From an uncultured Planctomycetia bacterium (GTDB lineage: Bacteria > Omnitrophota > Gorgyraeia > Duberdicusellales > 4484-171): a stretch of 53,026 nt of DNA. Where the stretch lies: contig CAZPYY010000002.1 of the NCBI GenBank assembly GCA_964590995.1, forward strand, positions 1 to 53,026, in the 5' to 3' direction. How positions within the stretch are numbered: position 1 is the first letter of the stretch; each line of letters opens with the position of its first letter. Below the pieces are notes generated by a model. The model had not been told where the DNA came from, did not search any database, and was given only the letters and a program-made list of their open reading frames with translations. Below are positions 24,921 through 34,626 of this stretch, piece by piece. A program made the position numbers and the translations under genes.

Positions 24921-26258
24921 ATGAATCAGGAAAAATTAGCACAAATAGTATCTTTATGTAAGAGAAGGGGTTTTATCTTCGGCGGTTCGGAGATCTACGG
25001 AGGGCTCTCTAGCATCTGGGATTACGGCCCTTTAGGCTCAAGGCTAAAAAAACGAATCAAGGATATCTGGTGGAAGGAGTATGTGGAGAAAAGAGCTGAT
25101 ATCGTTGGTTTAGATAGCAGCATAATCATGAAGGATCAGGTCTTTGTGGCTTCTGGACACCTTGAAGGATTTGCTGATTTACTTGTTGATTGTCCTAATT
25201 GCAAGAAGAGATTCCGAGTCGATAAATTAGAGAAGATAGGCAGTACACTCTATAGCTGCCTAGAGTGTGAGCAGGAGATAGATACTAAAAAGAACAAACC
25301 CCGCAAGTTCAACCTCATGTTCAAGACCAATATGAGCGCAACTGAGGATGAACCTAATTATGCTTACCTGCGTCCCGAGACCGCCCAGGGGATATTTGTA
25401 AATTTCACTAATGTTCTTAATACTACCTCTAAAAAACTTCCCTTGGGCATAGCCCAGATTGGCAAAGCCTTTAGGAATGAAGTTACTACCGGTAGTTTTG
25501 TCTTTAGGATGAAGGAATTTGATCAGATGGAGATCGAATACTTTATCCACCCTAAAGAGGCTGATCAGTTTTATAAGTACTGGGTCAAAGAGAGGTTTAA
25601 TTTCTATATAAAAAGAATCGGCTTGAAGAAAGAAAATTTGAGATTAAGGGAGCATACTAAGGATGAGCTAGCGCATTATGCTAAGTCTTGTACTGATATT
25701 GAATTTAAATTCTCATTTGGCTGGAGCGAATTAGAAGGAATAGCCAATAGAGGAGACTTTGATTTAAGTGAACACGCTAGAGTAAGTAAGAAGGATTTAT
25801 CTTATTTTGATAGTGCCAGAGGTGAGAAGTTTATCCCTTATGTGATTGAACCTTCAGCCGGAGTAGATAGGACATTCTTTGCTTGCTTATCCGATGCTTT
25901 CGACAGTGAGGAGGTTAAGGGAAGAACCAGGAATGTTTTGAAGCTAAAGCCGGATTTAGCACCTTATTCAGCAGCGGTTTTCCCTTTATTGAAGAATAAA
26001 TCGGAAGTAGTTGAGCTTGCAAAAAATATTTTTTGTGATATAAAAGATGAATTGCCTGCCCTTTATGACGATACAGCAGCAATTGGCAAGCTTTATCGCC
26101 GCCAAGATGAAATTGGGACTCCTTTTTGCATCACCGTTGATGTAGAAAGTCTAAGTGATCGAAAGGTTACCATTCGGGATAGGGATAGCATGGAGCAGAA
26201 GAGGGTTGACAAAACTAAGGTTAAGGAATTTCTTAAACAAAGAGTAAAGTTTGATTGA
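24921..26258 (+). CDS. glyQS: Glycine--tRNA ligase (homodimeric class II type)
   Basis: 445 aa. [22 protein letters not shown] and EPSAGVDR motifs. Confidence 0.9.
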   Translation: MNQEKLAQIVSLCKRRGFIFGGSEIYGGLSSIWDYGPLGSRLKKRIKDIWWKEYVEKRADIVGLDSSIIMKDQVFVASGHLEGFADLLVDCPNCKKRFRVDKLEKIGSTLYSCLECEQEIDTKKNKPRKFNLMFKTNMSATEDEPNYAYLRPETAQGIFVNFTNVLNTTSKKLPLGIAQIGKAFRNEVTTGSFVFRMKEFDQMEIEYFIHPKEADQFYKYWVKERFNFYIKRIGLKKENLRLREHTKDELAHYAKSCTDIEFKFSFGWSELEGIANRGDFDLSEHARVSKKDLSYFDSARGEKFIPYVIEPSAGVDRTFFACLSDAFDSEEVKGRTRNVLKLKPDLAPYSAAVFPLLKNKSEVVELAKNIFCDIKDELPALYDDTAAIGKLYRRQDEIGTPFCITVDVESLSDRKVTIRDRDSMEQKRVDKTKVKEFLKQRVKFD

Positions 26259-26349
26259 TGCTTCGACGTTGCTCAGTATCAACCTGAGCAAACGAAGTGC
26301 GCCGAAGGACGAAGTCGAAGGGTCGATTTATAGGAAGGAGAGGGGAGAG

Positions 26350-29046
26350 ATGGCAAAGAAGTTTGTATATTTTTTCAGCAAGGGAAAATCAGACGGTAAC
26401 GCTACAATGAAAAATATTCTAGGCGGTAAGGGTGCAAATTTAGCTGAAATGTGCAGCATTGGAGTGCCGGTACCTCCGGGATTTACGATTTCAACCGAAG
26501 TTTGTGACTACTATTATAAGCATGGAAGGAAATACCCTGCCGAACTACAGAAGCAAATAGATGCTAATATTGCTATGTTAGAGAAAGCTATGGGCGCAAA
26601 GTTAGGTGATTCTAAAAATCCTTTGCTGGTTTCAGTGCGCAGCGGTGCTGCGGTTTCAATGCCTGGGATGATGAATACTGTTCTTAATCTTGGGTTAAAT
26701 GATGATGCAGTAATTGGCCTTGCAAAGAAAACCGGTAATGAACGCCTTGCTTGGGATGCTTACCGGCGTTTTATTGATATGTTTGGAAATGTTGTTATGG
26801 GCGTTGACCATGAGCATTTTGAGGAGAAATTAACACTTATTAAGAAAAAATATAAAGCAAAACAGGATAATGATCTTACAGTTACTCAGCTCAAAGAACT
26901 AGTCCGGCACTATAAGAATGTATATAAGAAGTATGTAAAGAACCCTTTTCCGACTGATGCAAAGGAGCAGCTAACGGCCGCAGTTAATGCGGTATTTGGC
27001 TCATGGAATATTGAAAGAGCTGTAATTTATAGAAGAATAAATAAGATTACCGGGCTTCTCGGCACCGCAGTTAATGTTCAAGCAATGGTTTTTGGAAATA
27101 TGGGTAATACTTCCGGAACCGGTGTAGCCTTCACACGTAATCCTTCAAACGGAGAGAAGAAATTCTTTGGCGAGTTCCTTATTAATGCTCAGGGTGAGGA
27201 TGTAGTGGCCGGGATAAGAACTCCCGAGCCTATAGATCATCTTAGGAGAGAAATGCCGAAAATTTACAAACAGCTTGATAGCATAAAGGGAAAACTCGAG
27301 AAACACTACAGAGATATACAGGATGTAGAATTTACCATACAGGAAGGCAGGCTTTTTATGCTTCAGACACGTACCGGAAAACGTACCGGACTTGCAGCAG
27401 TTAAGATTGCTTACGATATGGTAAAAGAAAAAATGATTGCACCCCAGGAAGCTCTTATGCGGATTGAAGGCGAACAGCTTAATCAGCTTCTTTTTCCAAT
27501 CTTTGATCCTGCAGCTGCGAGTAAAGCTAAAAGAATCGCCAAGGGCCTTCCGGCTGGGCCAGGCGCTGCCTCAGGACATGTTGTGTTTACAGCTGAAGAT
27601 GCAGAAGCCTGGAAGAAAAAAGGAAAAAAGGTTATTCTTGTCCGTCATGAGACCTCTCCGGAAGATGTGGGTGGAATGGATGCTGCTGAGGGAATATTGA
27701 CTTCAACCGGCGGAATGACTTCACATGCGGCTGTAGTTGCCAGAGGCTGGGGTAAGTGTTGTATTGCCGGATGCAGCGCTTTGAATATTAACTACTCTAA
27801 AAAACAAATATCGGTTGGGAAAGTTATAGTCAAGGAGGGTGATTATCTTTCATTAAACGGTACAACTGGAGAGGTTATATTAGGCCATGTAAAATCCACA
27901 ACTAGTCCGGTAATTGCTGGTTTTGTTGAAAATAATCCTGCTGCCAAGAAGAGTCCAATTTACAAGATGTTTGTTCAGGTAATGAAATGGGCTGATCAAT
28001 ACCGAAAACTTAACGTTCGCACTAATGCTGATACACCTAAGGATTCAATGGCAGCTCGGAGATTAGGTGCTGAAGGCATTGGCCTTACCAGAACCGAACA
28101 TATGTTTTTTGAAGGAGAGAGAATTTGGGCTGTTCGTGAGTTTATTTTAGCCCAGGACAGTAAAACAAGAGAGGCAGCTCTTAAGAAATTGTTACCTTAC
28201 CAGAAAAAAGACTTTGAGGGGATTTTTAAGGAAATGGATGGACTTCCGGTGACAATACGGCTTCTCGATCCGCCACTGCATGAATTTCTGCCTAATGATG
28301 CAGATGGACAAAAAGAAATGGCTAAACGCTTGAAAATCTCACCGGCAAAGGTAGAGGATCTTGTTAAAAAATTACACGAGTTAAACCCGATGCTTGGCCA
28401 TCGCGGCTGTAGATTATCGATTACTTATCCTGAGCTTTGCCTGATGCAGACAACAGCGATTATCGAAGCAGCTTGCAATATGGCCAAGGCGGGGATTAAA
28501 GTCCTTCCTGAAATTATGATTCCGCTTATTGGTACAGTCAACGAATTTGAATATCTGGAGGCGATTGTTCGAAAAACTGCCGAGAGCATTATTAATAAAT
28601 CGAAATTAAAAGTAGAATATACAGTAGGAACAATGATTGAAATTCCTCGGGCAGCGTTAACTGCTGATAAGGTTGCCTCAAAGGCTGAATTTTTCTCTTT
28701 TGGGACAAATGATCTTACCCAGATGACCTTCGGCTATAGCCGTGATGATGCCGGAGTTTTTCTACCGGAATATATAGAAAAGAAAATTCTACCCGATGAT
28801 CCATTTCAGACAATTGATCAGGAAGGCGTCGGGCAGCTTGTAAAAACAGCTGTAAACTTAGGCAGAAAAACAAATAAGAAGCTTAAGTGCGGTATATGCG
28901 GAGAGCACGGAGGAGATCCGGAATCGGTTAAGTTTTGCCACAAAGCCGGCTTAAATTACGTTAGCTGCTCCCCTTACAGGGTTCCGATTGCCAGGCTAGC
29001 TGCTGCTCAGATAGCAATACAAGAGAAGGGTAAGAAGAGAAAATAG
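26350..29046 (+). CDS. ppdK: Pyruvate, phosphate dikinase
   Basis: [20 protein letters not shown], catalytic [13 protein letters not shown] and a C-terminal PEP-utilising TIM barrel. ATG 26350 follows GGAAGGAGAGGGG. The track's TTG at 26251 adds 33 residues with no homology and overlaps the glyQS stop. Confidence 0.9.
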   Translation: MAKKFVYFFSKGKSDGNATMKNILGGKGANLAEMCSIGVPVPPGFTISTEVCDYYYKHGRKYPAELQKQIDANIAMLEKAMGAKLGDSKNPLLVSVRSGAAVSMPGMMNTVLNLGLNDDAVIGLAKKTGNERLAWDAYRRFIDMFGNVVMGVDHEHFEEKLTLIKKKYKAKQDNDLTVTQLKELVRHYKNVYKKYVKNPFPTDAKEQLTAAVNAVFGSWNIERAVIYRRINKITGLLGTAVNVQAMVFGNMGNTSGTGVAFTRNPSNGEKKFFGEFLINAQGEDVVAGIRTPEPIDHLRREMPKIYKQLDSIKGKLEKHYRDIQDVEFTIQEGRLFMLQTRTGKRTGLAAVKIAYDMVKEKMIAPQEALMRIEGEQLNQLLFPIFDPAAASKAKRIAKGLPAGPGAASGHVVFTAEDAEAWKKKGKKVILVRHETSPEDVGGMDAAEGILTSTGGMTSHAAVVARGWGKCCIAGCSALNINYSKKQISVGKVIVKEGDYLSLNGTTGEVILGHVKSTTSPVIAGFVENNPAAKKSPIYKMFVQVMKWADQYRKLNVRTNADTPKDSMAARRLGAEGIGLTRTEHMFFEGERIWAVREFILAQDSKTREAALKKLLPYQKKDFEGIFKEMDGLPVTIRLLDPPLHEFLPNDADGQKEMAKRLKISPAKVEDLVKKLHELNPMLGHRGCRLSITYPELCLMQTTAIIEAACNMAKAGIKVLPEIMIPLIGTVNEFEYLEAIVRKTAESIINKSKLKVEYTVGTMIEIPRAALTADKVASKAEFFSFGTNDLTQMTFGYSRDDAGVFLPEYIEKKILPDDPFQTIDQEGVGQLVKTAVNLGRKTNKKLKCGICGEHGGDPESVKFCHKAGLNYVSCSPYRVPIARLAAAQIAIQEKGKKRK

Positions 29047-29063
29047 AAAGGTTTTAGGAAAAT

Positions 29064-29885
29064 ATGGAAGCAATTAAAGCTTATCTAGAGAGGATCAAAG
29101 ACCTTCCAATATTAAAGAAAAAGGAAGAGATTGAATTTATTCGGAAAGCCAAGCGGGGTAGCCGGGCAGCTCGGCGTAAAGTAATTAATTGTAACTTAAA
29201 GCTAGTTGTAAGCATTGCCAAACACTACTCTCACCATAACCTTTCTTTAATGGATTTAATTGCTGAAGGCAACATCGGCCTTATGCGGGCTATTGATAAG
29301 TTTGATGCCCGTAAAGGTTACCGTTTTTCTACCTATGCTGCTTGGTGGATACGTCAAGCAGTAACCCGGGCCCTTATCGATCAAGGTAAGACTATTCGTG
29401 TTCCGGTTTACATGAGTGAGCTTATTGCAAAGCATAAACGGGCTAAAGAGGCCTTACGTCAGAAACTAAGCCGGGAGCCTCGACGAGGCGAAGTTGCCAA
29501 GCGTCTGAAGGTAAGTGTAGATAGGGTGGCTGAGATTGAGCTTTGGACTCAGAAGAAGTCTTCCCTAGATGCACCAGTAGGTGGTGACGGGGATTCACAG
29601 CTTGCTGATTTTATTGCTAACGATGAAAGTGCGATGACAACCTCGACTGCAGATGACATCTTTAATCGCGAAAAGATAGAGGAACTTCTTAGTTTTACTA
29701 CGGGGCGCGAAAGATTAGTTTTAGATTTACGTTTCGGGATAACTAATGGCAGACCCCATACTCTAGCTGAGGTAGCTAAAGCGTTAAAGGTATCTCGAGA
29801 AAGAATACGGCAAATTGAAAAAGATGCTCTTAAGAGGCTGCGCACTTATGTTGTTGACCAACAGAAGAAGAAGATAGAAACCTAA
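29064..29885 (+). CDS. RNA polymerase sigma factor, sigma70 family (short RpoD/RpoS-like, regions 1.2-4)
   Basis: Region 2 ([28 protein letters not shown]) and region 4.2 ([18 protein letters not shown]) are present. 273 aa, no region 1.1. Confidence 0.85.
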   Translation: MEAIKAYLERIKDLPILKKKEEIEFIRKAKRGSRAARRKVINCNLKLVVSIAKHYSHHNLSLMDLIAEGNIGLMRAIDKFDARKGYRFSTYAAWWIRQAVTRALIDQGKTIRVPVYMSELIAKHKRAKEALRQKLSREPRRGEVAKRLKVSVDRVAEIELWTQKKSSLDAPVGGDGDSQLADFIANDESAMTTSTADDIFNREKIEELLSFTTGRERLVLDLRFGITNGRPHTLAEVAKALKVSRERIRQIEKDALKRLRTYVVDQQKKKIET

Positions 29886-29898
29886 GGGGAAGATTTTT

Positions 29899-30411
29899 AT
29901 GAAGCTAGAAAAACATATCCGTGATATTCCTGACTTCCCTAAAAAAGGTATTCTTTTTAAAGATATAACTACCTTGCTTAATAATAAAAAAGCATTCAAA
30001 AAAGCAGTCAATGATATGGCCACGGCTTTAGGAGAAAAAAAAATCAATTATATTGTAGCTGCAGAATCCCGAGGCTTTATCTTTGGCTCAGCCTTAGCTT
30101 ACCGGTTAAATTGCGGGTTTGTTCCAATAAGAAAACCCGGTAAACTTCCGGCAAAAACTTACTGCTATACCTATTCCTTGGAGTATGGCGAGGATTCATT
30201 AGAGATTCATCGCGATGCTTTTCCTCCCGGTTCAAGAGTCCTGGTTTTAGATGATCTATTGGCTACCGGAGGGACTGCTTTAGCTTCGGCAAAGCTAGTT
30301 GAAAAACTAAAAGGAAAAGTTACAGCGATTATCTTTCTCATTGAGTTGACCTTTCTAAAAGGGCGAAATAAATTAAAGAAATACCCGGTACTCTCTCTAA
30401 TCAAGTATTAA
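29899..30411 (+). CDS. apt: Adenine phosphoribosyltransferase
   Basis: IPDFPKKGILFKDIT and the PRPP-binding VLVLDDLLATGGT motif. 170 aa. Confidence 0.9.
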   Translation: MKLEKHIRDIPDFPKKGILFKDITTLLNNKKAFKKAVNDMATALGEKKINYIVAAESRGFIFGSALAYRLNCGFVPIRKPGKLPAKTYCYTYSLEYGEDSLEIHRDAFPPGSRVLVLDDLLATGGTALASAKLVEKLKGKVTAIIFLIELTFLKGRNKLKKYPVLSLIKY

Positions 30412-30420
30412 AATAATTTA

Positions 30421-30493
30421 GCCCCTATAGCTCAAATGGACAGAGCACGGCCCTCCTAAGGCTGGGATCCCTGTTCGACTCAGGGTGGGGGCA
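30421..30493 (+). tRNA. tRNA-Arg (anticodon CCU)
   Basis: Folded by hand into a cloverleaf. Acceptor stem GCCCCTA/TGGGGGC, D-stem GCTC/GAGC, anticodon stem CGGCC/GGCTG with loop CTCCTAA (CCT at 34-36), T-arm CCCTG-TTCGACT-CAGGG, discriminator A. No CCA is encoded. Confidence 0.85.
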
Positions 30494-30504
30494 CGATAAA
30501 AATG

Positions 30505-30532
30505 TTGACAAGATAGTTAGTTAGGATAGAAT
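30505..30532 (+). promoter_or_regulatory. Sigma70-type promoter (TTGACA-16-TAGAAT) driving the B12 riboswitch/transport operon
   Basis: TTGACA at 30505-30510 and TAGAAT at 30527-30532, about 30 nt upstream of the riboswitch. Confidence 0.6.
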
Positions 30533-30559
30533 AAATTTGTTCTTTGGAAGTTGGAATTA

Positions 30560-30740
30560 TTTTTTTCGGTGCCGTAAGGCATAATAGGGAACTCCGTGAG
30601 AATCGGAGACACTCCCGGTGCTGTAATCCCGTCCGCCTTAGGCGGAAGCTCGTTTAACATTATTGAGGTCACTACCCGAGATAGGGTGGGAAGACTGTTA
30701 AAAGGGCGGGAAAGTCAGAAGACCTGCCGAGAAGAATTAA
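30560..30740 (+). promoter_or_regulatory. Cobalamin (AdoCbl-type) riboswitch aptamer
   Basis: Conserved core AATAGGGAA..CGTGAGAATC..CCCGGTGCTGTAA..GTCACTA..GGGAAG and a canonical B12 box AGTCAGAAGACCTGCC at 30713-30728. B12 transport and salvage genes lie downstream. Boundaries are approximate. Confidence 0.85.
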
Positions 30741-30805
30741 GTTTAGGTTTTACGCGGAATAATAGCCTAAAATTTTTTATTTCCGGGCCAAGAAAACAGG
30801 GTGCA

Positions 30806-30834
30806 CCCCGACATAACAGTCGGGGTTTTATTTT
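30806..30834 (+). terminator. Intrinsic terminator acting as riboswitch expression platform
   Basis: Hairpin CCCCGAC-ATAACA-GTCGGGG followed by TTTTATTTT, ending 5 nt before the ATG at 30840. Confidence 0.8.
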
Positions 30835-30839
30835 GTCCA

Positions 30840-31700
30840 ATGAAGAAAGTAATTTTACTTATCAACTTAGTTTTAGTATTCACTCCTTCTCTGCAAGAAA
30901 CCTCAATATCTTCTGAGGTTACCCAACAGAGAATTATCTCAATTGCTCCGGCTACTACAGAGATTCTATTTAGTTTAGGCTTGGACGATGAGATTGTGGG
31001 TGTGACTACATTTTGCAACTACCCCGAAGAGACTCAAAACAAAGAGAGAGTAGGTACATTTAGTCAGCCAGGTATCGAGAGAATCCTATCCTTAAGGCCA
31101 GATATAGTCTTTGCTACTGGGCTAGAGCAGGCATCCGTTGTTGATAAGTTGAGAAAAGTAGGATTAAAGGTTTATGTTAGCGACCCGGCAAGTTTCAAAG
31201 AGTTATTTCGTTCAATAAGGGAAATTGCAAAGCTTATTCATAGAGAGCAGGAAGCTGACTCATTAATTGGCCAGATGGAATCAAGGATTAAGCGAATTAA
31301 TGATAAGGTTAAGCTTATCCCCCAAGAGAAGCGGCTGAGCGTATTTATTGAAATCGGGATTGATCCTTTGATGAGTGCGGGTAAAGGCTCTTTTATCGAT
31401 GAGCTAATTACTCTAGCCGGAGGCATAAATATAGCTAGTGATCTTTCCCGAAGCTATAGTTATTTTAGTAGTGAACAGGTATTGAGGCGTAATCCCGACT
31501 GCATTATTCTTGGCTATATGGATAAAGAATGGGATAAGGCAGAAGTCAAAGATAGGTTAGGTTGGGAGAATATTTCAGCAGTAAAGAATAATCGTATATA
31601 TAGCGATATAGACCCAAATCTTTTTTTTCGACCTGGGCCGAGGTTAGTCGAAGGCCTAGAGGTAATCTATGAAAGGTTGTATTTAAATGAACTTAAGTAA
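30840..31700 (+). CDS. btuF: Periplasmic corrinoid/siderophore-type ABC substrate-binding protein (BtuF-like)
   Basis: Signal peptide MKKVILLINLVLVF. RIISIAPATTEILFSLGL and PDIVFA motifs belong to the cluster-A binding-protein family. It is riboswitch controlled. The start was moved from the track's 30801, which lies inside the terminator. Confidence 0.75.
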   Translation: MKKVILLINLVLVFTPSLQETSISSEVTQQRIISIAPATTEILFSLGLDDEIVGVTTFCNYPEETQNKERVGTFSQPGIERILSLRPDIVFATGLEQASVVDKLRKVGLKVYVSDPASFKELFRSIREIAKLIHREQEADSLIGQMESRIKRINDKVKLIPQEKRLSVFIEIGIDPLMSAGKGSFIDELITLAGGINIASDLSRSYSYFSSEQVLRRNPDCIILGYMDKEWDKAEVKDRLGWENISAVKNNRIYSDIDPNLFFRPGPRLVEGLEVIYERLYLNELK

Positions 31701-32649
31701 CCAAAAAAAAATTTTAATATTATTTTTGATCTTATTAGTTGGTATAGCCTTGGGGATTTGTTATGGTTCGGTAAAGATCCCTCTCCGAGAGCTATTTTCT
31801 CAGGCTAATCGAAATATCTTACAATTACGCTTAGCAAGAATTGTGCTTGGTCTGCTTGCCGGAGCTGGATTAGGTATTTCAGGGACAGTATTGCAAGCGA
31901 TCCTACGAAACCCACTTGCTGAACCTTATTTACTGGGGACTTCAAGCGGAGCTGGGTTTGGTGCTGCCTTAGGAATATTCTTAGGGCTTTCAGCTAGCTT
32001 TCTTCCTTTAACCGCATTTGCTGGCGCCCTATTAAGTATTATTCTAGTATACAATCTGGCCAGACAAAATGGGAGGATTTCCGCTCAGTCACTTATTTTG
32101 TCCGGGGTAATTGTAGCGATAGCTGTCTCAGGGCTAATTGTATTTTTGGTCTCTATATCAAGCAACCAAGCTTTACGTGGAATACTCTGGTGGTTATTAG
32201 GTAGTTTAGAAATTTATAATTTTAAACTTCTTTTAATAGTTGGTGCTATAGTTGGGCTGGGAATTGTGCCGATTTTTATCCTATCGCAAGATTTGAATGC
32301 CATAAGTATTGGCGAAGAGGAAGCTATACATTTAGGTATAGAGATAGAGACGGTAAAAAAAATATTATTCGTTGTAACTGCCTTAATTACCGGAGCCTTA
32401 GTTTCAGTTACCGGAATAATTGGATTTGTCGGTCTAATTATTCCCCATATGATGAGAATGGTTGTCGGTCCTAATCATAAAATTCTTATTCCAGCAACTT
32501 GTTTGGCTGGAGCAGCATTCTTAATTTTATCCGATACCTTAGCCCGTAGCCTTTTTCCACCTATTGAGATCTCTATCGGGGTTATTACCTCTTTAGTCGG
32601 GGCGCCAATTTTTATATTTTTGTTGAGAAGAGAACAGAGAGTTAAATAG
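31687..32649 (+). CDS. btuC: ABC transporter permease, FecCD/BtuC family
   Basis: 320 aa polytopic protein. RNPLAEPYLLGTSSGA and GFVGLIIPHMMR motifs. Confidence 0.8.
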   Translation: MNLSNQKKILILFLILLVGIALGICYGSVKIPLRELFSQANRNILQLRLARIVLGLLAGAGLGISGTVLQAILRNPLAEPYLLGTSSGAGFGAALGIFLGLSASFLPLTAFAGALLSIILVYNLARQNGRISAQSLILSGVIVAIAVSGLIVFLVSISSNQALRGILWWLLGSLEIYNFKLLLIVGAIVGLGIVPIFILSQDLNAISIGEEEAIHLGIEIETVKKILFVVTALITGALVSVTGIIGFVGLIIPHMMRMVVGPNHKILIPATCLAGAAFLILSDTLARSLFPPIEISIGVITSLVGAPIFIFLLRREQRVK

Positions 32650-32652
32650 TCT

Positions 32653-33456
32653 ATGAGTGTTTTGTTAAAAGTGAATAATTTATCTGGTGGTTACGGCCAA
32701 GAGCCAGTGATAAAAGATGTTTCTTTTGATGTAAAAAGGGGTGATTTCTTAGGAATCATTGGCCCTAATGGTTCAGGTAAATCTACCTTGCTTCGGTTAA
32801 TGAGTAAAGCTCTTTATCCCCAGGAAGGAAGAGTAGATTTTGAGGATAAAGATATAAGAAGAATAAAGCTTAAAGAGCTCTGTCAGAAGATTGCCTTTGT
32901 CTCTCAAGAGACCCTGATTAATTTTTCATTTACGGTTTGGGAAATTGTGCTTATGGGGCGAACTCCGCACCTTAGGCGACTTCAATTTGAAAGCAGTAAA
33001 GATTTAGCAATTGCTAAAAAAGCTCTTTCATCGACAGACTCATTACAGTTAAAAGCTAAACAAATAAATCAATTGAGTGCTGGAGAACGCCAGAGAGTTA
33101 TTATTGCTAAGGCTTTAGCCCAGGAGCCAATTCTTTTGTTGTTAGATGAGCCGACTTCGCACTTAGATATTGGGCATAAGATTCAGATATTGGACTTACT
33201 AAAGAAGCTGAATAAAGATACTGAGCTTACAATAATTTTAGTTATACATGATTTGAACCTGGCCAGTGAATATTGTAGCCGACTTATCTTGCTTAATCAG
33301 GGAGGGGTATTTAAAGATGGTGAGCCTTCTTCGGTCTTGACTTACCAGAATATCGAAGCAGTTTATAAGACTGCTGTGGTAGTAAATAAAAATCCTTTTT
33401 CTTCTAGACCATATGTAGTATTAGTTTCAAAGGAAAATAAATGCCGACAACATTAA
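32653..33456 (+). CDS. btuD: ABC transporter ATP-binding protein (BtuD/FepC-like)
   Basis: Walker A GPNGSGKST, signature LSAGERQR, Walker B LLLLDEPTSHLD. Confidence 0.8.
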   Translation: MSVLLKVNNLSGGYGQEPVIKDVSFDVKRGDFLGIIGPNGSGKSTLLRLMSKALYPQEGRVDFEDKDIRRIKLKELCQKIAFVSQETLINFSFTVWEIVLMGRTPHLRRLQFESSKDLAIAKKALSSTDSLQLKAKQINQLSAGERQRVIIAKALAQEPILLLLDEPTSHLDIGHKIQILDLLKKLNKDTELTIILVIHDLNLASEYCSRLILLNQGGVFKDGEPSSVLTYQNIEAVYKTAVVVNKNPFSSRPYVVLVSKENKCRQH

Positions 33457-34046
33457 TTTTAATAAGACATGGGCAAACTGATTGGGGCCAGCAAAGAAGG
33501 TATTGTAGTTTTACCAATATCGAATTAAATGCCGCTGGCAAGAGTCAAGCTGATAAGCTTTCGCAAAGATTGGGCCGGGAAGTAATCGATAAGATTTATT
33601 CAAGCGATATCAAAAGGGCATATCAATTTGCTGGTTTAATCTTGAAAAACCCCTCCATTGAGAAGCTTAAAAGTTTTAGGGAGGTAGATTTTGGCCATTT
33701 TGAGGGTTTAACTCATCACGAGATTATGGATAAGTACTCGGGAGTTTACCAAAATTGGCTGAATAATCCTTATGATGTTAATATTCCCGGCGGTGAGAGT
33801 TTAAAAGATTTAGCAAAGAGAGTAAGGGGCTCACTGGAGGAGATCCTGTCTTTAAATTCCGGCTTAACTATTGCAATTTGTACTCACGCTGGCCCGATAA
33901 GAGTAATCTTATCTGATGCCCAGGGCTTGGGGTTGGATAAGATTTGGCAGGTAAAGGTAGATTGTGCTAGTTTAAGTAGAGTTGAATTTATTAATGGTAA
34001 GGCCAAAGTGATCGCGGTAAACGATATTGGACATTTAAATGGGTAA
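33441..34046 (+). CDS. cobC: Histidine phosphatase family protein, alpha-ribazole phosphatase-like
   Basis: LIRHGQTDW catalytic RHG motif and a later H (CTHAGPIR). It sits between btuD and cobU. Confidence 0.7.
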   Translation: MPTTLILIRHGQTDWGQQRRYCSFTNIELNAAGKSQADKLSQRLGREVIDKIYSSDIKRAYQFAGLILKNPSIEKLKSFREVDFGHFEGLTHHEIMDKYSGVYQNWLNNPYDVNIPGGESLKDLAKRVRGSLEEILSLNSGLTIAICTHAGPIRVILSDAQGLGLDKIWQVKVDCASLSRVEFINGKAKVIAVNDIGHLNG

Positions 34047-34626
34047 GATTACTTTTATAGTTGGCGGAGCAAGAAGCGGTAAGAGTACTCAGGCTGTTAA
34101 ATTAGCAAAGGCAATAAATAAAAAGGTTGCTTTTATCGCTACCTGTCTGCCTTGTGATAAAGATATGAGTAAGCGGGTTGCACTTCATAAGAAGGTCCGG
34201 CCTTCTGCTTGGTCGGTTTTTGAGGAGCCAAGAGATATTACTTCTTTGATAAAGTTAAAAAAAATAGGTTCTAAGTTCGATATTATTATTATTGATTGCC
34301 TTACTCTTTTTGTATCTAATCTTCTCCTAGAAGGTTTTAAGGGCAGCATTGTTGAGGAGAGGGTAGATGAGATGCTGAAAACTCTTAAATCAATAGGGGC
34401 TAAGTCGATTATTGTCGCTAATGAGGTTGGTCTCGGTGTACATCCCAGGACCAGGCTCGGAAGAAAGTTTAGGGATTTAGCCGGAAGAGTAAATCAGATT
34501 GTGGCTAGTAAGTCTGATAAAGTGCTTTTTATGGTTTCAGGATTGCCCCTGGAGCTTAAGGCCTGCCTGCCGGCAGGCAGGGAGGAAAGTGATGAGAAAA
34601 ATAGAAAATACTATAAGAGAGATTAG
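34039..34626 (+). CDS. cobU: Adenosylcobinamide kinase / adenosylcobinamide-phosphate guanylyltransferase
   Basis: P-loop GGARSGKS and the VANEVGLGV..R.FRD..G motifs. The last 21 or so residues are read through a GC-rich palindrome and may not be native. Confidence 0.8.
   Translation: MGKITFIVGGARSGKSTQAVKLAKAINKKVAFIATCLPCDKDMSKRVALHKKVRPSAWSVFEEPRDITSLIKLKKIGSKFDIIIIDCLTLFVSNLLLEGFKGSIVEERVDEMLKTLKSIGAKSIIVANEVGLGVHPRTRLGRKFRDLAGRVNQIVASKSDKVLFMVSGLPLELKACLPAGREESDEKNRKYYKRD

Noticed and set aside
26251-26349. 33-codon N-terminal extension of ppdK from a TTG start
   Set aside because: The extension overlaps the glyQS stop and runs through a hairpin-rich spacer. It has no resemblance to PPDK N-termini. 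A strong Shine-Dalgarno precedes ATG 26350, where the homology (MAKKFVYFF) begins.
30036-30046. A9 homopolymer inside apt (and A8/T8 runs at about 23700 and 31621) as phase-variation or frameshift sites
   Set aside because: The reading frames are intact through the runs and encode plausible residues (EKKIN, and so on). AT-rich genomes carry such runs by chance. There is no alternative-frame ORF continuation.
30421-30493. tRNA-Arg as a possible integration hotspot or genomic-island border
   Set aside because: No integrase, direct repeat of the tRNA 3' end, or change in composition follows. The downstream genes are a riboswitch-controlled B12 operon with normal overlap structure.
30596-30916. 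106-aa ORF in the track (MRIGDTPGAV..)
   Set aside because: It is read straight through the cobalamin riboswitch aptamer and its terminator. It has no Shine-Dalgarno and no homology-like features, and it overlaps the real btuF-like start at 30840.
34499-34591. 31-codon N-terminal extension of cobT
   Set aside because: It lies wholly inside cobU in another frame and crosses the GC palindrome. CobT homology starts at ATG 34592, which has its own Shine-Dalgarno.
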